Source of the DNA: Malacoraja senta
Taxonomy: Eukaryota
Assembly (NCBI GenBank): GCA_038087875.1
Contig: JAXLNO010000096.1
Location: 124,001 to 184,025, forward strand
DNA length: 60,025 bases
Direction of reading: 5' to 3'
Position 1 is the stretch's first letter. Each line of letters begins with the position of its first letter. The translations under genes and the position numbers were made by a program. Positions 49,902-60,025 of this stretch are shown in pieces. The notes beneath the pieces were generated by a model. The model was not told the origin of the DNA and searched no databases. It saw only the letters and a list, made by a program, of their open reading frames with translations.

Positions 49902-52030
49902 GGAATGAATAAAATGAATTTGAATAGTCAAGAGAAACACTGCTATTTTAGATTTTAATCAGTCGGATGTAGCAAAAACAATGACATTTGTTCCCTTTTT
50001 AGTGAAGACACCATCATTGTAATAGGAGAACACATTTCACAATAACATTTGAAGAAGTACATCAGTTTTGCAAACTACATTTCAATCATTCAATCCCCTT
50101 CATTTAATCCACTATTACCAATGAAGAATAATGTCTGAAGTTTACTGACCTTCTGCAGAGGAACTTGTGTGGAATTCTGGAGAAGCAGCAACGTGGCTTT
50201 GAGCCCAGTACAGGACAAGCTGAGGTTCCCTCACACTGCACAGTAACTGACACTGCCTCTTGTCAAACTAAATGACACTCCCCCTCCAGCTCAGTATTCC
50301 AGCACCACTGGTGCTGTTACAAATGGGTTCAGATATAGAATTATACAACAAATAAAGATTCCATCTGGAATCGAACTTGCACCTTTGGGATTTTGAACAT
50401 TTCGAATGGATCTCAAATGGGAGAGCTCCAGGTGCTTTGCCGCATCCTGCTGGGCCTGATGTTCGACGAGAGAGTACATGCAATCCAGGGAGGTCCTGCC
50501 ATTTCATGAGGAAAAAACCTCCATAGAGGGTTGTGCTCATTAAACATGCTGGCAATTCCATTGCACCCATTAGGATAAACTGAACCATTCCCGGAGAGAG
50601 GATTGGACCTGGTGAAAGAACATACTGTTTCCTCACTTGCCTCTTCATGGGAAGGAGCCCACAGATTTCACCATGGGAAGCTTTCACTGTCCTAATGAAT
50701 GCCCACCATTATTGGTCAGCTGAGCAAAATCTCGAATGACATTAAAAGAAGCAAGAGTACAGAGTGTACACTGGGTGTGGACCTCAGCATCCATCATTGG
50801 GAGTGGCTTGGTCACACGACCACTCACTGAGATGGCTGAACCCTGAAGGATGTGTCTGCCAGGCTCTTTCTACAGCAGGTAGAGAATGAGCCAACACAAG
50901 GGATTGACATACTTGACCTCCTCCTCTCCTGTCCACCTGCAACAGGTGAATCTGTTGACCAAGGCTTTGGCAGAAATCAGAAGACCATTGCACAGTTCTC
51001 ATTGAGGACAATGTTTTGTCATTACACCAAATTCATCCCATATTGCTCTGACTGGCACAACAGTTTTTGACGTCATCTTCCCAAAGGAACTGCAGAGGCT
51101 GAGACATTGACTATGTTCAAGGTAGAGGATGATTGACTATAAACTCAACAGAAGTCAGGAGACGTGGGGAAAGTGGGAAGGTGGTGTTGAGACCATTATT
51201 GGATCAGCTGTATGGGCCTGAAAAATTGTGCTCCGTCAGACTTTATTCCTTGGAGTGCAGGAGGCTGAGATAGTTGAATTATTGAGGGGAATAGATAGGC
51301 TGAATGAACAGAGCCTTTTACCCAGTGTGGGGTATCAAGAACCAGAGGACACGGGTTTGAGGTGAGATGATAAGGTTTAATATGAACACGAAGCACATCC
51401 TTTGCATTCAAAGGATAAAGGATTCAAACAAGAGGAGTTGAGTATAGAAGCAAAGAGGTCCTTCTGCAGTTGTACAGAGCCCTAGTGAGACCATACCTGG
51501 AGTATTGTGTGCAGTTTTGGTCCCCTAATTTGAGGAAGGACATTCTTGCTATCGAGGGAGTGCAGCATAGGTTTACAAGGTTAATTCCCGGGATGGCTGG
51601 ACTGTCATATGCTGAGAGAATGGAGCGGCTGGGCTTGTATACTCTGGAGTTTAGAAGGATGAGAGGGGATCATATTGAAACATATAGGATTATTAAGGGT
51701 TTGGACATGCTAGAGGCAGGAAACATGTTTCTGATGTTGGGAGAGTCCAGAACCAGGGACCACAGTTTAAGAATAAGGGGCAAGCCATTTAGAACGGAGA
51801 TGAGGAAAAACTTTTTCACACAGAGGGTTGTGAATATGTGGAATTCTCTGCCTCAGAGGGTTGTGGAGGCCGGTTTGCTGGATGCTTTCAAGAGAGAGCT
51901 AGATAGGGCTCTTGAAGATAGTAGAGTCAGGGGATATGGAGAGAAGGCAGGAACAGGGTACTGATTGGGGATGATCAGCCATGATCACATTGAAGGGCCA
52001 AATGGCCTACTCCTGCACCTATTGTCTATA
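49902..52030 (+). repeat. Segmental duplication copy B, with complete CR1 3' end (51425-52030)
   Basis: Colinear with 33402-35428. Confidence 0.92.
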
Positions 52031-53635
52031 AAGGGTAGTAGGTAAATGTGATGAGCTGCCAGAGGAGGTATTTGAAGCAAGTACTAACATTTCAATTAAA
52101 AGACACTTGAACAGGTTCATGGAAAGGAAAGGTTTAGAGGGATATGGGGCAAATGGAACTAAGTTTGATGAGGAAACTAGGTCAACATGGACGTGTTGCA
52201 GCTGTTTCTGTGCTGTACGATTCTGTGGTTCCATGACTCTGACTAAGTCCTGATAGCTGTGTGAGAGCATCTTCACCAAAAGTATTGCAGAACTTCAAGA
52301 AGGCAGCTCACCACCATCTTCTCCAAGGTAGTTAGGGATGGATAATAAATATTGACTTTGATGCTGATATTAGTAAAAACTAATTGGAATAAATCTTCTC
52401 CTTTGCACCATACTGTAGATTATCTGCCACAATTTATCCCAATCACTGACAAACACAGATACTTGAGCTTCTCTGTCTTTTAGTTACTATCCTTATAATA
52501 AATGCATCCTCAGCACACACAGATATGTTCTGTTCTCACGTATTTAAAACAAATTACACAATAGAATTACAAGGAATTACTTTTAAATGTAGAGGGTAAA
52601 TTGAGAAGTTGTTTCTGAAGATGACATCAGCGTAAAAGAGGAAGGAACTGTGTTAGGCCATGTTTACACTTGTTTAGGATGTGGGCCTCACTGCTCAGGC
52701 TTCCATTTTTAGCCCATGAGGATGTGAACATCCTTACGTAGCCAGTGAATGATTCTCCCACAGTGCTCTTGATAGGAATGAAGGAACAGCAATGGATTTC
52801 CAGGTCATGACTGGAGAGGCACCCACAGCATGTGGTGATCCCATGGGCCTGTTGCCATTGTCTTTCTTGGTTGATGGGATCACTGATATGAGAGGTGTTA
52901 TTGAAGTAGCCTTGGCAATGAACATTGAGACACCTTGCGGTGGTTGATTGAGACCGAGATCACTGTACACAAGTGGTGGAAACAAAGAAGATTACAGTAG
53001 TAGATGGGGACATGCTATGTCCTGGATGATGTTGTGCTTCTTCAGTATCACAGGAGTAACATTCATCAAGGCATTGCATCCTCCTGAATTGGGCCTTGCC
53101 GCTGATGGAGAGGTTTTGTGGTGTCAGGAATTGCTTGCCCCATGATAACAAGAAATGAATCACCTTTCCTTTATCGATACTGCTTCTTAATGCTGCAACT
53201 CCATACCTAGTATAACTGTGGGAGTACTTTCACCGGAAGGAATGGAAAGGTTTAGGAAAGCAATCTACCACTGTCTTGAGTACAATTAACAATGGTGGGA
53301 AACCACTAACCTTGACAGTGATGCTCAAATTGTCGAGAATAACTGAATGAGTAAAGAAATGCTTCACAAGTAAAATCAAGTACACCTGGATTAATGATAT
53401 TCAAATACTTACAAATACTTTATAATTTTGGAGGTTCCACAACACTTGTAAAGGGAGCAGTGTGAATAGAACCTCTTCTCAATCTCTCTTAAATCCCCAC
53501 TACCCAGCTTCCTAACAATCTCAACCTTTTCTTTACTTTTGTCAAAATCCACAGAGTGAAATTGTTCAGTTTAAAATTATCCAAGTTTCTCCTCTCCCTC
53601 TAGTGACTAACCTCATGTTCCCATATCTCACCTGA

Positions 53636-54610
53636 CATAGAAACAGAGAAAAATAGTCAATAGGTGCAGGAGTCGGCCATTTGGCCCTTCGAGCCAGCAC
53701 CGCCATTCATTCTGATCATGGCTGATCATCCACAATCAGTAGCCTGTGCCTGCCTTCTCCCCATATCCCTTGATTCCGCTAGCCCCTAGAGCTCTATCTA
53801 ACTCTCTTTGAAATTCATCCAGTGAAATTGCATCTACTGTCTTCTGTGACTGAAATCCTAACGGGAATCCCAAAATTCCCAGCCGCTCCACACTGCTGCT
53901 GTGTCCGTTGCCTGAATCCCACATTCATAGAAACATAGAACATAGGTGTAGGAGTAGGCCATTCGGCCCTTCGAGCTAGCACTGCCATTCAATATGATCA
54001 TGGCTGATCATCCAGAATCAGTACCCCGTTCCTGCTTTCTCCCCAAACCCCTTGATTCCGTTAGCCCGAAGAGCTAAATCTAACTCTCTCTTGAAAACAT
54101 CCAGTGAATTGTCCTCCACTGCCTTCAGTGGCAGAGAATTTCACAGATTCACAACTATCTGGGTGAAAAAGTATTTTCTCATCTCAGTTTTAAATGGCGT
54201 CCCCCTTATTTTTAGACTGTGGAAAAAAAACTGCAGAAGGAACTCTTTACTCCTGTACTCAAATCTTCTCATCATGAAGGCCAACATTGCATTAGCTTTC
54301 TTCACTGCCTGCTGTACCTGCATGTTTACTTTCATTGACTGTACAAGGACACCCAAGTCTCATTGCGCTTCTCTTTTTCCTAATCTGACACCATTGGAAT
54401 AATAATCTGCCTCCTTGTTCTTGCCACCATAGTGGATACACTCACATTTATCTACATTATACTGCATCTTCCATGCATCTGCCACTCACTCAACCTGTAA
54501 CATCCTCTTCGCAATTCATACTGCCGCCCAGCTTTGTGTCATCTGCTAATTTGCTCGTGCTACTTTTAATTCCATCATTTAAATCATGAATATATATTGT
54601 AAATAGTTGA
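53636..54610 (-). mobile_element. Nested CR1 fragments
   Basis: Two CR1 tails (53636, 53926) and decayed RT sequence. Confidence 0.85.
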
Positions 54611-54859
54611 CTACATCACTGATGTAGAGCCCAAGCGATTGAAGGCCATTCCGCATGCATATTTGTTTACTGAGACACTGGGAGCAATTTATCCACGAGT
54701 TTCCAAAGAGTATTACCTTGGGAAAGCACAGCTCAATGAGAAACTAATAGAGAGACTATAGAGACGACAGTGTCGAGTTCTGGTGATTCAATATGAAGAA
54801 GGCTTGATTCTCGATCTGGAAATATGAATCCAAATCCTGATTTGGAATCTTGGGTATTG

Positions 54860-56632
54860 AAATAAAAATTAACATGTTGGAACATTAGAGGTGCGAATGT
54901 GCCAATTAAGAGGGGTAAAATTCTGGCACAATTAAAATCATTAAACATTGATATTGCTTTCCCACAAGAAACGCATTTGAAAAAACAAACGCAGATCAGA
55001 TTAAGGGCAAACTGGATAGGTCAAACCTACTACTCCTCATTCACTTCTAAAGCAAGAGGCATGGTCATTATAATTCGGAAAGGTATACCTTTTAAATTAA
55101 AGAAGTCTATATCTGATAAAGAGGGAAGATACGTTATAGTCACGGGAGAAATTTACAATACACCATTAACTATGATAAATATTTATGCGCCTAATTTTGA
55201 TAATCCCCAATTTTTAAAGAAAATACTAGATATAATTGCAGAGCATAATTATCAAAATATTATAATGGGGGGAGATTTTAATTGTGTTATAGACCCATAC
55301 TTAGATAAATCAATAAAGGTAGGGAAGCGTCTAGTTAAAACCAAGACCTGTGAATTTTTAAATAATTATATAAAAAATAATAACTTAACTGACGTTTGGA
55401 GAATAGCAAACCCAATTGGAAGGGAATATTCGTTTTACTCGTCGCCTCATAAAACTTATTCACGAATTGACTATTTCTTAGTGGATACAAAATTAATCCC
55501 GTATACAATTAAACCATCATATCATAATAGTATTATTTCCGATCATTCACCACTGACTTTTATACTTAAAATCGAGGGAATGCCGGGTATAAAATCTTTT
55601 TGGAAATTCAACGCACAAATATTAAATAACCCGCAGGGTTATGAGTATATAAAATAACAAACACAATTTTTTTTCGAGGCAAATGATACGCCGGGTATTT
55701 CTGTATCGCTATTATGGGAAACCTTTAAGGCATACATTCGCGGTGTTATAATCTCTTATCAAAGTTATCAAAATAAAGAAAATAAAAGAGAACTTCAGAG
55801 GATAGAACAGGAAATAAAATTACTCGAACTGGACAATGCAAGTGACCCAACTATAGATAAACATAATAAGATAACCTTATTGAAATATAAACTCAATAGA
55901 ATATTATCGGGTAGAGTAATAAGACTATTCTAAATTACAAAACAGGCACACTTCGAATTTGGGGATGCCACATAAATTATTAGCGAGGCAACTGAAGCAA
56001 CAAGAAAAGGAAAATACTATCACTAAAATTAAATCTGATAAGGGTGAGCTTCTAACATTACCAAAGGATATTAATAAAAGGTTTGCCCAATTTTATCATA
56101 ATTTATACACAACTAAAATAAATATAGATGATAGTAAAATTACAAATTTTCTAGATATTTGCAATCTTCCTAAATTGGATAGTTTAGAACAAGAGGAATT
56201 AGGAGCACGGATTACTAGTGAAGAAATAAAACAAATAATAAACTCATTGAAAATTGGGAAGACCCCAGGACCAGATGGTTTTAGTAATGAATTTTATAAA
56301 CGCTTTCAGGAGTCACTTGTACCAAGATTACTCAACTTATACACGCAGGCTTATACCAAAAATAAACTACCAGAAACTTTAGCAGAATCAACAATAACGC
56401 TTATACCAAAAAAGATAAAGATTTAGATGAACCGGGTTCTTACAGAGCTATATCACTTTTAAATACGGATCAGAAAATTTTAGCAAAGATTCTAGCAAGA
56501 AGACTGAATAATTATATTAATAAATTGGTAAACCCGGATCAAACGGGATTTATACCCAAAAGACAATCATTTAATAACTTGAGAAGGCTTTTCAATATAA
56601 TGTACTCTCATAAAGAGGACATTGAAGATATT
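54860..56632 (+). mobile_element. L1-clade LINE ORF2 5' half (endonuclease to RT start), truncated by the CR1 insertion
   Basis: WNIRG, QETHL, NIYAPN, GGDFN, YSRIDYF, SDHSP, KTPGPDGF and YRAISLLNTDQKILAK; stops and frameshifts. Confidence 0.93.
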
Positions 56633-56639
56633 TAACTCC

Positions 56640-59600
56640 TCTTTAACTCCTACACCCAAGCGGTAGGAGTTAAAGAGGAGCACGGGGCTTGTTCCTTACA
56701 GAGGCCCAAGAGCCGTTGGAGAGGTCGCAGAGGGAGGAGCTACACCCGAGCGGTAGGGAGTTAAAGAGGAACCTAAATCTGTAACGTTCCAAGTTCCTCT
56801 TCAAAAACAAGTGGGTTTGAGGAAGCCGCTGATTGGTGGAAGCAGGCAAGAGGGAGCAGCTGATTGGGAGTGAGATCCCTGCTGATTGTACTGTATTGTA
56901 GCAGTTTGTTTTGTATTGTATCCAGGGTAAGGGGAGTATGAGGGCCAGGGCAGTTTACTGTTCTGGATGTCAGATGTATTGTATCCAGGGTAAGGGGAGT
57001 ATGAGGGCCAGGGCAGTTTGCTGTTGTGTATGTCAGATGTATTGTATCCAGGGTAAGGGGAGTATGAGGCCCAGGGCAGTTTACTGTTCTGGATGTCAGA
57101 TGTATTGTATCATGGGTAAGGGGAGTATGAGGGCCAGGGCAGTTTACTGTTCTGGATGTCAGATGTATTGTATCCAGGGTAAGGGGAGTATGAGGGCCAG
57201 GCCAGTTTACTGTTCTGGATGTCAGATGTATTCTATCCAGGGTAAGGGGAGTATGAGGGCCAGGGCAGTTTACTGTTCTGGATGTCAGATGTATTGTATC
57301 CAGGGTAAGGGGAGTATGAGGGCCAGGGCAGTTTACTGTTCTGGATGTCAGATGTATTGTATCCAGGGTAAGGGGAGTATGAGGGCCAGGGCAGTTTACT
57401 GTTCTGGATGTAAGATGTGGGAAGTCATGGAGTCTGATAGCCCTCCAGACGTCCACATCTGCGCCAGGTGTATCGAGATGGGGCTCCTAATGGACCGTAT
57501 TAGGAACCTGGAGCAGCAGCTCGATGACCTCCGTCTGGTCAGGGAGAGCGAGGAAGTCATTGAGAGGAGTTACAGGGATGTGGTCACTCCAACACCACAG
57601 GAGGCAGGCAAGTAGGATCACGGTTGGGAGAGGCAAGGGGCACAGGCAGGGACTAGAGAGTACACCTTGACAATAAGTACTCCTGTTGGAGCACTGTTGG
57701 GTGGACAGCCTACCTGGGGGTAGCGACAGCGGCCGGGCCTCCGGTATAGAGACCGATCCTGTTGCTCAGAAGGGTAAGGAAAAGAAGAGGAGGGCAATAC
57801 TAATAGGGGACTCTATAGTTAGGGGGTCAGACAGGCGATTCTGTGGACGCAGTCGGGAGACCCGGATGGTAGTTTGCCTCCCTGGTGCCAGGGTCTGTGA
57901 TGTGTCTCAACGTGTCCAAGATATCCTGAAAGGGCAGGGAGAGGAGCCCGAGGTCGTGATACATATAGGTACCAATGACATAGGTAAAAAAAGAGAAGCG
58001 GTCCTGAAAGGAGAATTTAGGGAGTTAGGAGGGGAGTTAAAGAGAAGGACAGCAAAGGTAACAATCTCGGGATTACTGCCTGTGCCACGCGACAGTGAGA
58101 GTAGGAATGGAGCGAGGTGTATGATAAATGCGTGGCTGAAGGACTGGTGCAGAAGGCAGGGATTCAAATTTCTGGATCATTGGGACCTCTTTTGTGGAAG
58201 GTTCGACTTGTACAAAAAGGATGGGTTGCCCTTGAACCTGAGGGGGACCGATATCCTGGCGGGGAGATCTGCAAAGGCTACTGGGGAAATTTTAAACTAG
58301 AATGGTTGGGGGGAGGGACTCAAATAGAGAATGCTATTAGACAGTGTGTGAGGCAGGAGGCAGAGAAGGAAAGCACTCAGACCCAACATGTAGGGGGGAA
58401 AGAAGAAAACAATAATAAACAGAGAATAAGAGGTGGTGAGGTTCTTAAATGGGTGAGCAGAGAAACAGAGGGGTGTAAAATGCACGCAGAAGCAATAGGT
58501 AGCAAGGTGAAAAGTAAAAGTGGCAGGCAGACAAATCCACGGCAAAAATCAAAAAGAGCCACTTTTCAACATAATTGTATAAGGGGTAAGAGCGTTGTAA
58601 AAACAAGCCTGAAGGCTTTGTGTCTCAATGCAAGGAGCATTCGTAATAAGGTGGATGAGTTGAACGTGCAGATAGCAATTAATGATTATGATATAGTTGG
58701 GATCACGGAGACATGGCTCCAGGGTGACCAAGGCTGGGAGCTGAACATCCAGGGATATTCAATATTCAGGAGGGATAGAGAGAAAGGAAAAGGAGGTGGG
58801 GTAGCGTTGCTGGTTAGAGAGGAGATTAACGCAGTGGAAAGGAAGGACATTAGCTTGGAGGGTGTGGAATCGGTATGGGTAGAGCTGCGAAACACTAAGG
58901 GGAAGAAAACGCTGGTGGGTGTTGTGTACAGGCCACCTAGCAGTAGTAGTGAAGTTGGGGATGGCATCAAACATAAATTAGAAATGCGTGCAACAAAGGC
59001 AAAACAGGTGACTTCAATCTACATATAGATTGGGTGAATCAAATTGGCAGGGGTGCTGAGGAAGAGGATTTCTTGGAATGTATGAGGGATAGTTATCTAA
59101 ACCAACATGTAGAGGAACCAACGAGAGAGCAGGCTATTCTAGACTGGGTATTGAGTAATGAGGAAGGGTTAGTTAGCAGACTTGTTGTGCGTGCCCCCTT
59201 GGGCAAGAGTGACCATAATATGGTTGAGTTCTTCATTAGGATGGAGAGTGACATTGTTAATTCAGAAACAACGGTTCTGAACTTAAAGAAAGGTAACTTT
59301 GAGGGTATGAGATGTGAATTGGCCAAGATTGACTGGCAATTAGTTCTAGAAGGGTTGACGGTGGATATGCAATGGAAGGCATTTAAAGACTGCATGGATG
59401 AACTACAAAAATTGTTCATCCCAGTTTGGCAAAATAAAAAATCAGGGAAGGTAGTGCATCCATGGATAACAAGGAAATCAGGGATAGTATCAAAGCAAAA
59501 GATGATGCGTACAAATTAGCCAGAAAAAGCAGCATACCAGAGGACTGGGAGAAATTCAGAGACCAGCAGAGGAGGACAAAGGGCTTAATTAGGAAAGGGA

Positions 59601-60025
59601 AAATAGATTATGAAAGGAAACTGGCAGGGAACAAAAAATCTGACTGCAAAAGTTTTTATAGATATGTGAAGAGAAAGAGATTAGTTAACACAAATGTAGG
59701 TCCCTTGCAGTCAGAAACAGGTGAATTGATCAAGGGGAACAAGGATATGGCAGACCAATTGAATAACTACTTTGGTTCCGTCTTCACTGAGGAAGACATA
59801 AATAATCTGCCGGAAATAGCAGGGGGCCGCGGGTCAAAGGAGATGGAGGAACTGAGTGAAATCCAGGTTAGTCGGGAAGTGGTGTTGGGTAAATTGAATG
59901 GATTAAAGGCCGATAAATCACCAGGGCCAGATAGGCTGCATCCCAGAGTACTTAAGGAAGTAGCTCCAGAAATAGTGGATGCATTAGTGATAATTGTTCA
60001 AAACTCTTTAGATTCTGGAGTAGTT
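56640..60025 (+). mobile_element. Near full-length CR1 LINE: 5' UTR, ORF1 (zinc finger, coiled coil, SGNH esterase) and ORF2 (EN, linker), running off the window
   Basis: CSGCKMW...CARC; IGDSIVRG, CLPGA, HIGTND, KDGL.L; LNARSI, TETWL, VYRPP, GKSDH, KSPGPD.LHPRVLKE. Confidence 0.94.
56913..57416 (+). repeat. 63-bp tandem repeat x8 covering the CR1 ORF1 start
   Basis: Unit GTATTGTATCCAGGGTAAGGGGAGTATGAGGGCCAGGGCAGTTTACTGTTCTGGATGTCAGAT, encoding MYCIQGKGSMRARAVYCSGCQ in frame. Confidence 0.95.

Noticed and set aside
56773..57456. 227-aa minus-strand repeat ORF
   Set aside because: Antisense reading of the 63-bp CR1 tandem repeat.

Overview
Repeat-dense eukaryotic (vertebrate) DNA. The repeat types suggest a cartilaginous fish such as a skate or ray, but that is my inference and has not been checked by a search. 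Most of the window is transposon debris: a BEL/Pao 3' end, a Gypsy gag-pro fragment, an internally deleted class I ERV provirus with two LTRs (4518-9923), many CR1 LINEs, L1/Tx1 and Penelope pieces, and DNA-transposon remnants. The main host gene is on the minus strand (about 14982-26488) and is mostly invisible in the ORF track. I assembled nine in-frame exons encoding a V-C2-V-C2 four-Ig-domain receptor of CD4/LAG-3-like architecture. It has a WxC motif in D4, a Cys-less D1 and a TM segment. Its tail has no Lck-binding motif but carries an ITSM (TEYMSV), an ITIM-like motif (IHYGSI) and a degenerate third tyrosine motif (VIYAET). Upstream of it lies a mosaic of direct and inverted segmental duplications around a fold-back palindrome at about 40375. 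Other oddities are a full-length CCA-ended tRNA-Asp copy in the BEL 3' UTR, a Spin/Ssty-Tudor-like fragment in a DNA-transposon-like repeat, and an 8x63-bp amplification of a CR1 ORF1 start. A CpG-island promoter and first exon of a second minus-strand gene lies at about 11.5 kb.
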